A stretch of 63,604 nt of DNA from Nitrospinota bacterium (GTDB lineage: Bacteria > UBA8248): assembly GCA_036231405.1 (NCBI GenBank), contig JAZAHK010000048.1:1-63604 (forward strand), in the 5' to 3' direction. Under the pieces are notes generated by a model, which was not told where the DNA came from, did not search any database, and worked only from the letters and a program-made list of their open reading frames with translations. Below, one piece after another: positions 46,880-56,663 of this stretch. Position 1 is the stretch's first letter; each line of letters begins with the position of its first letter. A program made the position numbers and the translations under genes.

Positions 46880-47755
46880 ACGGCTTCTCAACTTTTTGTA
46901 AATGCTCTTATTGCTGGATCCGTTTACGCTTTGGTAGCATCAGGATTTTCTCTAATTTACTCGACTTGCAGATTTGTTCATTTTGCACATGGCGCTACAC
47001 TTCTTTTGTCGATGTACTTCCTTTATTTTTCATTCGAAGTGCTTGCACTCTCTTTTTGGATTTGTTCAGTTTTTACTTTGATTTTTTCAGTCGTTGTCGG
47101 TTTGTTTATGAATAATTTGATTTATCGACAACTTCGAAATCGTGGTGCCAGTAATGTAATACTTTTGATTGCAAGCTTTGCGCTCCTTATTTTTTTTGAA
47201 TCCGTGGTTTTGATGTTGTTTGGAGCAGACGTTAAAACACTAGATTATTTAAAGGTGCAGACAGGTTTTCAACTGTTTCATGCAGTTGTTACTCCCTTAC
47301 AAATTCTTATTATTACATCAGCATTCATTTTATTCTTAATCCTATTATTGTTTATGAAGAAGTCGAGGTTGGGGAAGGCGATGAGAGCAGTTTCTGATAA
47401 TTCGGAAGTTGCCCAAATTGTAGGAATTTCGCCAGAAAAAATTTATTTATGGAGTTTTATCATTGGATCTTTTATAGCTGGGATTGCAGCAATACTTATA
47501 TCATTAGAGCAAAATTTGAGACCTATGATTGGAACTGAAATTATGGTGAAAAGCTTTGCTGCTGCAATAATTGGGGGAATTGGTTCAGTGCCTGGGGCAA
47601 TTCTAGGTTCTTTTCTTTTGGGATTTTCTGAAAACTATGGAATATGGTTTATTGACTCTGGTTACAAAGATGCAATCGGTTTTGGTATTTTACTTGTTTT
47701 TTTGATTTTTAGACCACGAGGCATACTAGGGATTGAGAAAGGATTAGGAGATTAA
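46880..47755 (+). CDS. livH: ABC permease LivH (no canonical start codon at the expected position)
   Basis: QLFVNALIAGSVYALVASGFSLIY, FAHG, GKAMRAVSDN, IIGGIGS, RPRG; the conserved N-terminus lies upstream of the ORF-track TTG at 46931. Confidence 0.8.
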   Translation, partial: TASQLFVNALIAGSVYALVASGFSLIYSTCRFVHFAHGATLLLSMYFLYFSFEVLALSFWICSVFTLIFSVVVGLFMNNLIYRQLRNRGASNVILLIASFALLIFFESVVLMLFGADVKTLDYLKVQTGFQLFHAVVTPLQILIITSAFILFLILLLFMKKSRLGKAMRAVSDNSEVAQIVGISPEKIYLWSFIIGSFIAGIAAILISLEQNLRPMIGTEIMVKSFAAAIIGGIGSVPGAILGSFLLGFSENYGIWFIDSGYKDAIGFGILLVFLIFRPRGILGIEKGLGD

Positions 47756-48624
47756 TGCTAGATTATCTCATTCATTTTGCTATTTTAATTACTATTTATT
47801 CTATTTTGACGATATCTCTTCAATTTTCGATAGGTTTTGCGGGTCTTCTTAATTTGGGTCACATCGCGTTTTATGCTGTAGGTGGATACTCTTCTGCTAT
47901 TTTATCTTTAAAAGGTTTCGATTTTTTGAGCGCCATTTTTCTTGCTTCATTTATTACTTCATTTTTTGGTTTTTTGCTTTCTTTCCCCACTAATAAACTG
48001 AAAGGAGATTACTTCGCAGTAGCTACTATGGGTTTTGCTTTTGTTGTTTATGAAATTTCTCTAAATTGGACTGCTCTTACAAGAGGTCCAATGGGTTTGA
48101 CTGGGATTCCTAGACCTGAAATTTTAGGCTTTGTTTTTAATCTAAACTTTCATTACCTGCTTCTCAGTACACTTTTCTTAATATTTTCTTGTTTGATAAT
48201 TCTTAGACTTGTTTGTTCCCCATTTGGAAAGGTTGTTCAATCTGTTAGAGATGACGAACTTGCTGCAAAAATCCTTGGGAAAGATACAAACAAAGCGAAA
48301 AGAATAGTTCTTTGTGTTTCGGCATTTTTTGCTGGACTTTCAGGTGGTTTGTATGCGCACTATATAAATTATATAGACCCTGATTCTTTCACTATTATGG
48401 AACTGATCCCTATTCTTTCAATTGTTATCATCGGTGGTCTTGGGTCGTTGAAGGGTACTTTAATAGCAACTTTTCTACTTGTTCTTCTACCGGAGCCTCT
48501 TAGGTTTATCGGTTTTTCTTCAAATTTCATTGGTCCAGCTAGGCAGATACTTTATGCAATCTTACTGATTTTGATCTTGATTTATCGTCCTAAAGGTTTT
48601 TATGGAAGGTTTGATTTTAAATGA
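47755..48624 (+). CDS. livM: ABC permease LivM
   Basis: GLLNLGHIAF, LKGDYFAVAT, TRGPMG, SPFG...RDDE, IIGGLGS, RPKG. Confidence 0.9.
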   Translation: MLDYLIHFAILITIYSILTISLQFSIGFAGLLNLGHIAFYAVGGYSSAILSLKGFDFLSAIFLASFITSFFGFLLSFPTNKLKGDYFAVATMGFAFVVYEISLNWTALTRGPMGLTGIPRPEILGFVFNLNFHYLLLSTLFLIFSCLIILRLVCSPFGKVVQSVRDDELAAKILGKDTNKAKRIVLCVSAFFAGLSGGLYAHYINYIDPDSFTIMELIPILSIVIIGGLGSLKGTLIATFLLVLLPEPLRFIGFSSNFIGPARQILYAILLILILIYRPKGFYGRFDFK

Positions 48625-49367
48625 TTTTGAAAATACAAAATGTGAAGAAATATTTTGGAGGGGTTAAGGCAGTTGATGACTGTTCTTTTGAGGTTGAAGA
48701 GAAGAAAATCACTGCTCTTCTTGGACCTAATGGATCAGGCAAGACAAGTATATTCAATATTATATCAGGTATAATTAATGTTGATTATGGAAATATTCTA
48801 TTGAATGCTCTTGATATTACAAACAAAACTCCCGAAAAGATTTCTAATCTTGGGATATCAAGACTTTTCCAAAAGGCAAGATTATTTGAAAATTTGTCTG
48901 TTGAAGACAATTTAATGTTATCCGTTAATAATCAAGATATGAAATTTTTCAATAACCTCTTTGGCTTTAATCACTTCCTTAATAATGAGAAAGAAAAGCT
49001 AAATAAAATCTTGAAATTACTAGATATAGAAGATTTGCAAAAGAAATTTTCAAAAGAATTAAGTTATGGTCAGCAGAGATTGGTAGAGATTACTAGAACT
49101 TTCCTCAATCCTCATCTTTTAGTTCTTCTTGATGAGCCAGTTGCGGGGGTTAATCCTAACACCCGAGATAAGTTTGCGAAATTTCTTTTGGACATGAAAA
49201 ATGATGGGGAATCAATATTGTTAATAGAACATGATATGCGGTTTACGTTTTCAATCGCGGATAAAATTATTGTTTTACATGAAGGCAAAATTATAGCAGA
49301 AGGTTCCTCAGAAGAGATAAAGAATAACGAGCTTGTTCGAAAAGTGTATCTTGGTGAAAAAATTTAA
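48621..49367 (+). CDS. livG: ABC ATPase LivG
   Basis: FGGVKAVD, GPNGSGKT, LSYGQQRLVEI, LLDEPVAGVN, IEHDM, VYLG. Confidence 0.9.
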   Translation: MILKIQNVKKYFGGVKAVDDCSFEVEEKKITALLGPNGSGKTSIFNIISGIINVDYGNILLNALDITNKTPEKISNLGISRLFQKARLFENLSVEDNLMLSVNNQDMKFFNNLFGFNHFLNNEKEKLNKILKLLDIEDLQKKFSKELSYGQQRLVEITRTFLNPHLLVLLDEPVAGVNPNTRDKFAKFLLDMKNDGESILLIEHDMRFTFSIADKIIVLHEGKIIAEGSSEEIKNNELVRKVYLGEKI

Positions 49368-49397
49368 TTCTATTCTCAATAAAAGGAGAGAATATAG

Positions 49398-50684
49398 ATG
49401 AACTTTGAAACGTCGGAATCTCATAATAAAGTTTGGAATTACATTGATAAAGAGAGGATGGTTAACCTAGCTAAGGATCTCGTAAATATCCCTAGTGCTA
49501 CTGGTGAAGAGGAGGAGTGTTCTCTTTTTATAAATGATTACCTTCAGGAAATTGGATTAGAACCATTTTTGCAAGAAGTGGAGCCAAGTCGTTCTAATTG
49601 TATAACTACTCTTAAAGGGAAGGGAAAAGGCGCCACATTATTATTCAATGGCCATATGGATACTTCCTATTCTGGGAGAGAGGAGTTTTTGCCAAAAATT
49701 AAAGCATTTCAGCCAGAAGCTTACGAAGATGATGGTTGGTTATATGGGTTAGGCATATACAATATGAAAGGTGCTTTAGCCTGTTATATTGCCGCAATTG
49801 ATGCAGTAAAAACCTCTGGAGTGGAACTTGGTGGTGATGTAAAATTTGCTGCAGTTGTTGGTGAAATTGAAAGAGGTCCCGTTGACAAATATCAGGGGTC
49901 CTCTTTTCGTGGTGGAGGGTTTGGAACAAGCTATTATGTGACACATGGTGGTATCGCAGATGTGGCAGTAATTGGAGAGCCTACAGGATTATCTCTATTG
50001 CCTGGACATTTGGGATATATGTGGTCAAAAATCACTTTAACAGGTTCTCTTTCTCACACCAGTTATAGTCACAATTATCCTAATACTATCTCTCAAATGA
50101 CAAAGATAATTTCTGCTCTTGAAGAATGGGGAGAAAGTTATCGAGAACGAAGACGTTACAAGGGGTATCCTGCAAATTTGAATCTTTCTGCTATAGAAGG
50201 TGGGTGGCCTTACCGGTGTAGTAGAATGCCGGTTTTCTGTACTTTATATATAGACACTCGAGTTCCTCCGAATGTAAGTATGATGGAAGTGAAAGCAGAA
50301 ATATCAGAAGTTTTGGAAAAAGTCACAAAGGATGATTCTAGTATAGTTCCACACCTTGAGACCATTATGACAGTTCCTGGAACAGAGATTGATGTTGAAT
50401 CGCCAGTTTCTCAAGTAGTCATGAAGTCCCATGAAAATGTATTTGGAGAGAAACCCGAGGTAATTTCTGAAGCGTATATTTCTGATGCTACATATTTGAA
50501 TCGTTTCGGAATTCCAACCGTAAACTATGGTCCAGCTGGTAGGCTCCGAACGACGTCGGACAGTAGGTGGGACCCTAATGCAGGGGAACATGTGAGCATT
50601 CAGGACCTCTATGATTGTACACGGGTATACGTAAGTCTCATTTTGAATGTATGTTCAAAAAGAAGAGAAGATTTTCTAGTTTAG
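49398..50684 (+). CDS. M20-family (ArgE/DapE-like) metallo-amidohydrolase, atypical ligands
   Basis: FNGHMDT, YGLGIYNMKG, GEIE, GEPT, SDA, YGP; AAGGAG RBS. Confidence 0.85.
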   Translation: MNFETSESHNKVWNYIDKERMVNLAKDLVNIPSATGEEEECSLFINDYLQEIGLEPFLQEVEPSRSNCITTLKGKGKGATLLFNGHMDTSYSGREEFLPKIKAFQPEAYEDDGWLYGLGIYNMKGALACYIAAIDAVKTSGVELGGDVKFAAVVGEIERGPVDKYQGSSFRGGGFGTSYYVTHGGIADVAVIGEPTGLSLLPGHLGYMWSKITLTGSLSHTSYSHNYPNTISQMTKIISALEEWGESYRERRRYKGYPANLNLSAIEGGWPYRCSRMPVFCTLYIDTRVPPNVSMMEVKAEISEVLEKVTKDDSSIVPHLETIMTVPGTEIDVESPVSQVVMKSHENVFGEKPEVISEAYISDATYLNRFGIPTVNYGPAGRLRTTSDSRWDPNAGEHVSIQDLYDCTRVYVSLILNVCSKRREDFLV

Positions 50685-50686
50685 TG

Positions 50687-50729
50687 TCTGATGTCGAGGT
50701 TTATAAAATCTCGACATCAGAGTTTTTTT
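50687..50729 (+). terminator. Rho-independent terminator between convergent genes
   Basis: Perfect 12-bp stem TCTGATGTCGAG / CTCGACATCAGA followed by a run of T. Confidence 0.8.
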
Positions 50730-52478
50730 CTAATTCGGAATAATCGGCAGTAAAATATAAGAAGGATGATCGGGTCCTGTATAGACTTTTACATTTTTCC
50801 CGAACATCTCAAGAGGTCTGTCTACTTTATTGTCGTGTTTAAATGGACCAACCCCTGAATAAATTCTTCCAGAAACAGGCATCTCAGGTTGTTCAAATCC
50901 TGGATAGACGTAATCTCTTCCTCTAACACTTAATCCTATGCGGTGCCCTTTAGGGACTACGATAGAAGTTGGCCATATTTCTATATCCAATTCGTAAATC
51001 TCTCCAGGGTTAAGTGGTTGCTTTTCATCATGTGTGTGGTATGGACGGTAAAGTTCACTTTTTTCAGTATCCAACTTTCTGTGTGAAGCTCTTAACCAGC
51101 CCATGCCAACTGGAGTGTTAGGATCATTTGAGCCTTGGAAAGTGATTTCCTTCATATCTGCAGTAAAGATTCTCAAGATAAGAAATAGATCGGCATCCTC
51201 GGTTTCTGAAGAGATGAACAGTTTGCTTGCGATGGGTCCTGTAATTTCAGTGTCTTCTTGAAGGACATCAGTCATGAAAGTGAGGCCATCTCCTAGAGCG
51301 TCATATTCAAGGCCAGATTCCTTTTCCTCTTGTCCTACTGAAAGAGTAGTATTGGATCCGTTTAGATAGTATTTTGTCCACTCTGTTCTTTCCAACGGCC
51401 ATTCGTTTTCTGCTCTGATAACAAATTTTTCACCAGGATGTCTTATGTGAAGAGAAACGTTTGATTGCTTCTCCCATCCCGTTTTTTCTTCCTTAAGGAA
51501 ATGTCCAAAAAATTTCTTCTGTAAATTTACTCCGTAATCAGTATAGAAGTGGGTAAAGTGATCTAATCCATGTACTTCTAACCATTTTTGATCAGATTCA
51601 GATTCAAGATATCCTTCAAAGTTTCCTCTTGGATGAAGCCCAACTCCACCCCAATTTCCTGCTGATAGAAGGGGGACATTAATTTTAGAATAGTCTGGCA
51701 TACGTTCTTTCCAGTAATCGTCAATCAATGGATGATCTAAGAGGTCTTGTCCAAAATTTGTTCGATTGCCGGCTAAGGTTTCTTCAGGGAAAGTCTCAGG
51801 ACCAGAAACCCATTCTCCGTTAATTCTACTCCTCCAGTCTCGATTTCCTTTACCGTGTTGTCTCAGCATGACAGTATCTGTGTACCAAGTGTTGGGAAAG
51901 AGGCATAGTATCCCGCCATGGTGGCTTAAGTCACGATAAAGATCTGCCGCACCTTCCCAAACGCACATAGCTGCTAGATGAGGTGGTTGTAAGGTTGCAA
52001 CAAACCACTGATTCATGCCGTAGTAGGAAATACCGTTCAAACCAACTTTCCCATTGCTCCAGGATTGCGTGCCTGCCCATTCGATACAATCATGAAAATC
52101 TTTGGTCTCTCTTGGTGCCCAGACTTCCATGTATCCGGGTGAGCGACCTGCTCCCCTGGAATCTACACGAACAATTGCATATCCATCTGGAACCCATCTT
52201 TCAGGGTCAACCAATTCCCAATTCATATATTTACACGAAGAGCCAGCTAAAGATTCGGGGAATTTCTCCGTTAAAACTTTCCATTGATTCGGATAACCGT
52301 CTTTTAAATGAAGCCATTTTGCGTAGGGACCATAACTCAAAATAACAGGATATTTGCCGTCTTCAATAGGACGATATACATCGCATCGTAGTACAATTCC
52401 ATCATCCATTTCGATTGGAACGTCCCAATCTATTTGCATTCCATCTTGAATTTCACTTTTGTAGTTTTCCATAATCAA
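50730..52478 (-). CDS. CocE/NonD family serine hydrolase (peptidase S15-like)
   Basis: MDDGIVLRCDVYRP, DSRGAGRS, WSNGKVGLNGISYYG, GWLRASHR, C-terminal PepX_C domain. Confidence 0.92.
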   Translation of the reverse strand: MIMENYKSEIQDGMQIDWDVPIEMDDGIVLRCDVYRPIEDGKYPVILSYGPYAKWLHLKDGYPNQWKVLTEKFPESLAGSSCKYMNWELVDPERWVPDGYAIVRVDSRGAGRSPGYMEVWAPRETKDFHDCIEWAGTQSWSNGKVGLNGISYYGMNQWFVATLQPPHLAAMCVWEGAADLYRDLSHHGGILCLFPNTWYTDTVMLRQHGKGNRDWRSRINGEWVSGPETFPEETLAGNRTNFGQDLLDHPLIDDYWKERMPDYSKINVPLLSAGNWGGVGLHPRGNFEGYLESESDQKWLEVHGLDHFTHFYTDYGVNLQKKFFGHFLKEEKTGWEKQSNVSLHIRHPGEKFVIRAENEWPLERTEWTKYYLNGSNTTLSVGQEEKESGLEYDALGDGLTFMTDVLQEDTEITGPIASKLFISSETEDADLFLILRIFTADMKEITFQGSNDPNTPVGMGWLRASHRKLDTEKSELYRPYHTHDEKQPLNPGEIYELDIEIWPTSIVVPKGHRIGLSVRGRDYVYPGFEQPEMPVSGRIYSGVGPFKHDNKVDRPLEMFGKNVKVYTGPDHPSYILLPIIPN

Positions 52479-52509
52479 ACCTCATATATCAAGAAATTAA
52501 ATTATTTTA

Positions 52510-53274
52510 TCACCCGGTCATGGATGCTCCATCCACTGACACTATTGACCCACTCATGAACTCATTCTCTGGTGAGACCAAAAAAACTGCAGTTGCTGCA
52601 ATGTTTACAGGATCACCAAAACGTCCTAATGGTATCCCCTTAAGTCTTCTCTCTGCGTAATCCTTCTCCTCTTGTATTTTCGTTTTGACACGTCCACTAG
52701 AGACAAGTCCTGGTGCTAAACAATTAACGCGAATTCCAAGTGGGCCTAATTCCATCGCCAAGCATTGGGTCAAAAGTTCAACTGCAGCTTTTGTCCCACA
52801 ATATAGTGTTCTCTCTGGTCTTGCACGGTGTCCAGAAATAGAGCCCATCATAAGGATATCACCACTTTTTTGTTTTGACATTGTTTTAATAGCTTCCCTT
52901 GAACTGAAATAAAAAGATTTTGCATTGACTTCAAACATCGTGTGGATTTCATCATCAGTTACATCCAAAATGGGTTTAAAGTTTCTAGTGCCCGCACAGT
53001 TCACAAGGATGTCTAACCCTCCAAGGAATTTGACACCGTCCTGGACTGCAGTGCTTCCTTGTTCTGATTTAGAAAAGTCATATCCTTTCCCGTCTGAACG
53101 GACTCCTGAAGACGTGCATCGATTTATAGTCTCATTCAGTGCCTCTAGGTTTCCTCCCCCAACTGCCCAGACATCAGCGCCTTCGTCTGCGAATCGAGCA
53201 GCAATTTCTGCGCCCATACCAGAAGATGACCCGGTTACTATTGCTTTTTTCCCTTCTAATTTTTTGTCGGTCAT
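52510..53274 (-). CDS. Classical SDR oxidoreductase, close paralog of 27812..28576
   Basis: TGSSSGMG, YCGTK, LAPG; ATG 53274 with GGAG RBS. Confidence 0.9.
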   Translation of the reverse strand: MTDKKLEGKKAIVTGSSSGMGAEIAARFADEGADVWAVGGGNLEALNETINRCTSSGVRSDGKGYDFSKSEQGSTAVQDGVKFLGGLDILVNCAGTRNFKPILDVTDDEIHTMFEVNAKSFYFSSREAIKTMSKQKSGDILMMGSISGHRARPERTLYCGTKAAVELLTQCLAMELGPLGIRVNCLAPGLVSSGRVKTKIQEEKDYAERRLKGIPLGRFGDPVNIAATAVFLVSPENEFMSGSIVSVDGASMTG

Positions 53275-53434
53275 ATACGCTCCCATTACAAGGTGAAATG
53301 TATTGTCAGTATCCATAGCAACTTAAGTTTTGAGTTTTAAAAAGATATCTAATAAACAGACGTTTTTCCAGTTGTATTTAAAAAAATTATAACGTTGTTA
53401 AGGATTTAACTATGAAGGTGTATAATAAATAGAT

Positions 53435-54316
53435 ATGGAATATGGACAATTAGCATTTCTTTTCGGTTTGATCACAGCAGTACTAACTGCATGCTTTCAA
53501 ATAATAGTGAGGAAAGGCAAGCAATCTGGCAACGCTTTAACAGGTGCTTTGATAGGAATCTTTGTCAATATACCTATCATGATTTTGATTTCATTTTTCC
53601 TGTGGGAACCAGAATGGTTAGACTTAGAAGCAATAGGGCTTTACGCTATTACTGGTTTTTTTGGAACTGGTTTGGGTAGATTTTTTTTGTTTATGTCTTT
53701 GCATAGGATTGGAGTAGCTCTCACATCACCTCTTCTATCTAGTATTCCTCTCTTTAGCGCTGCGTTGGCTTTTGAACTGTTAGGTGAAAGACCAGATATC
53801 TATATATGGATTGCTACATTTTCTATTTTTTTGGGTTGCTTCGTCATAACCCTGAAAAGGGGAAAATTCCCAGACTGGAAGCCACGCTACTTATGGCTTC
53901 CAGTCATGTCAATAGTGTTCTTTTCGCTTGCAAACCTTTTTCGAAAGATGAGTCTAAATGTTTTGCCGGAACCCATATTTGGTGGAACGATCACTTACGC
54001 GTCTGCAATGTTGAGCCTTTTAATTTTGTCTTTTTTCTTACCAAAAAGTTTGAAGCCGAATCTAAAGGTAAAAAAAGCTTGGATATTCTACGGGTGTTGC
54101 GGATTTGTGAATATGCTTGCTTTCATTTCTAGGTGGACAGCTACTAAATATGGGGACCTCACTGTAGTTATCCCTTTATTTGCTTCTTCGTCCTTCTTCG
54201 CACTTTTCCTTAGTAGTTTTTTGCTTCGTGATATGGAGGATGTAACTTTTTGGAGTTATTTTGGAACAATCTTGATAGTTATAGGAGTAGCGCTAATTGC
54301 GATTAGTTCGATTTAA
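53435..54316 (+). CDS. EamA/DMT transporter
   Basis: About 10 TM helices; GLGRFF, LLGERP, GDLTVVIPL. Confidence 0.85.
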   Translation: MEYGQLAFLFGLITAVLTACFQIIVRKGKQSGNALTGALIGIFVNIPIMILISFFLWEPEWLDLEAIGLYAITGFFGTGLGRFFLFMSLHRIGVALTSPLLSSIPLFSAALAFELLGERPDIYIWIATFSIFLGCFVITLKRGKFPDWKPRYLWLPVMSIVFFSLANLFRKMSLNVLPEPIFGGTITYASAMLSLLILSFFLPKSLKPNLKVKKAWIFYGCCGFVNMLAFISRWTATKYGDLTVVIPLFASSSFFALFLSSFLLRDMEDVTFWSYFGTILIVIGVALIAISSI

Positions 54317-54346
54317 TCTTTTCTATAAATTTAAGGAGATAAATAA

Positions 54347-55258
54347 ATGGACGTGAGTAAAGATCAGATTCTTCCTTTCGTTAATTCTACCCCAAACGTG
54401 CAAGAAAGGATTGATCGGGCCATAAAGATTAGAAAATCTATGGGAATTTATGGGAAAGGAGGACAGTCAGAACGTGGTGCGTGGAATTTCTCCCCTACAC
54501 ACGCTCAAGTAATTTTTGAATATTGTTTCGGAATGGTTTGGGGGCAACCTCATTTAACCCTGAAAGAGAAAGAAATCATAGTTATAAGTGCTCTTGCTGC
54601 GCAGCAACTAGATGAAGAAGTAGAGTGGCACGTACAAAGCGCTTTGAATTTAGGTTTGGAACCTGAAGAAGTGATAGGAGTAATAACTCAGTTAAGTCCA
54701 TATATAGGCCTTCCTAAGACTAATCATGCTTTCAGGTCAATGCTAAAAGCTTTTAAAAAGGTGGGTATTAGTAAATATATTAATGAAAAGGATAGTTCGA
54801 ATGTAAGTGAGGATGAACTTGAGGCTGAAAGGTCTGGAGACAGAATGCTCGCTCAAGTAGATCTTAATCCTGACGTTCAAGATAGAATAGAAAAGGCTAT
54901 AGAAGTACGGCAAAAGATTGGGATCTATGGTGATGGAGGACAGGGACATGATGGTTTTTATACAATTTCCCCTGCACACAATCAGGTGATTTTTGAATAT
55001 TGTTTCGGCATGGTTTGGAACCAATCTTTTCTCGATTTGCGAACAAGAGAATTGGTTGTCATTGCAGTTTCTACTGCAAACCAGTGTGATAACGAGTTAG
55101 AATGGCATGTTCGAAGTGCCTTGAATGCAGGTTTGAATCGAGACGAAATTATAGAAGCAATCACACAGTGTAGTCCCTACATCGGACTATCTAAAACAAA
55201 TCAAGGTCTTCGTGTTGCGAAAAAAGCATTTGATTCGCTCGATGAAAAGTCAGATTAA
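54347..55258 (+). CDS. Tandem two-domain carboxymuconolactone decarboxylase (CMD) family protein
   Basis: Two copies of EYCFGMVW...E...LEWHV.SALN.GL...E.....Q.SPYIG. Confidence 0.85.
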   Translation: MDVSKDQILPFVNSTPNVQERIDRAIKIRKSMGIYGKGGQSERGAWNFSPTHAQVIFEYCFGMVWGQPHLTLKEKEIIVISALAAQQLDEEVEWHVQSALNLGLEPEEVIGVITQLSPYIGLPKTNHAFRSMLKAFKKVGISKYINEKDSSNVSEDELEAERSGDRMLAQVDLNPDVQDRIEKAIEVRQKIGIYGDGGQGHDGFYTISPAHNQVIFEYCFGMVWNQSFLDLRTRELVVIAVSTANQCDNELEWHVRSALNAGLNRDEIIEAITQCSPYIGLSKTNQGLRVAKKAFDSLDEKSD

Positions 55259-56517
55259 GAGTTAAAGGAAAATTCATTTTTCCTTTTTTTAGTGGGTTTG
55301 AAATTGTTTATATCTGGGTACAACCAAACTAAGAAGAGTGAACAAAGACCAAATGTAAAGCTGAAGAGAAATGCTGCGTGATAGGTGCCTGTGAAATCGT
55401 GTATTATTCCTCCAAGAAAACTTCCTGCAGCCATGCCTATGCTTGCCCCTGTTGCAAAAGATCCAAAAAGGATGCCGACTCTTTTCTTTCCATAATAGTC
55501 TCTTGTGACAATAGGATACATAGTCCCATGTCCTCCTAAACCTAAACCGACAAAGGTTGCTATGAAAGTTAAGGTTATATAATTTGGTCCTAAAAGAAGG
55601 AGTGGGATAGGTAAAGTTTGACATGTAAGAGAAATAAAAAGGGACCATTTCCCCCCTATGCGATCAGAAAGAATCCCTGCGACAATTCTCCCTATAAGTG
55701 CGCCTAGTCCGATCAACCCCAACAAAGTAGCTGCCTTGAGTGGGGGCACACCAGATTCGATGGCAAAAGGAACAAGATGAACAATAATTACAGAGTGACA
55801 AAGACAATCACAGCTGTGACTTCCTAGAATAGACCAAAAAGATCTATGTTTCATAATTTCTTTCATCCCTTTCGTTGATTCGTCCAAAACGTTTTCTTCA
55901 GGAATAGTTTCTTTTGCACTGTCAGTGTTATCGCCATTTCTATAAATTAAAACTGTAACTAGCGCTGGTAACGAGAGTAAGAAGAAGACAGAACCAAGGA
56001 CAACATATGATGGTCTCCATCCATAATGGATAATAAGATATCCGACTATTGGAGTTAGTATCAGTATTCCAAGTCCTCCTCCTGCGCCTGATATGCCAGT
56101 AGCCAGACCACGTTTATAGTCAAAAGTTTTTTGGATATATGCAAAGATTGGAGTATTTAGTGCACTTCTACTGATGCCAGCCAGGAGCCCAATGTATAAG
56201 TAAAATTCCCAAATGTTCTGTATTTTGGATGCGAGGCAAAGCGATATTCCACTAAGAATCATGCCAATAAGAATAATTTTCTGTGGACCATATCGATCAG
56301 AAAGTTCACCGGTAAGAATAGCACCAAAAGATCCTACAATCATGTAGATAGAATATGCAGCAGAAATACTAGTTCTGGACCATTGGAATTCACCTTCTAG
56401 AGGTTTAATGAAGACTCCAAAGTTGAAATTTAGAAAGGATGTCGCTGATAGCACAAGAAAGCAATAGAGAATGATGGAGTATTCATTTGCAGTGAATATG
56501 TATTTTCTGTCGTTCAT
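55255..56517 (-). CDS. MFS transporter (OFA/MCT-like)
   Basis: About 12 TM helices; GELSDRYGP, KRGLATG, GILSDRIG. Confidence 0.88.
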   Translation of the reverse strand: MNDRKYIFTANEYSIILYCFLVLSATSFLNFNFGVFIKPLEGEFQWSRTSISAAYSIYMIVGSFGAILTGELSDRYGPQKIILIGMILSGISLCLASKIQNIWEFYLYIGLLAGISRSALNTPIFAYIQKTFDYKRGLATGISGAGGGLGILILTPIVGYLIIHYGWRPSYVVLGSVFFLLSLPALVTVLIYRNGDNTDSAKETIPEENVLDESTKGMKEIMKHRSFWSILGSHSCDCLCHSVIIVHLVPFAIESGVPPLKAATLLGLIGLGALIGRIVAGILSDRIGGKWSLFISLTCQTLPIPLLLLGPNYITLTFIATFVGLGLGGHGTMYPIVTRDYYGKKRVGILFGSFATGASIGMAAGSFLGGIIHDFTGTYHAAFLFSFTFGLCSLFLVWLYPDINNFKPTKKRKNEFSFNS

Positions 56518-56663
56518 TTAGTTGCTTTCTTGTGAGAAATTTGAAAAAACCTTCACTATAACGATGCCTATGATGTATCGTATTGTTAAATGTAGTAAAA
56601 ATACAAGTCTAACAAAATTTTAGTTTATAAGAGCTTTAGGCTTTTTGAGGGAGGATAATCTTA

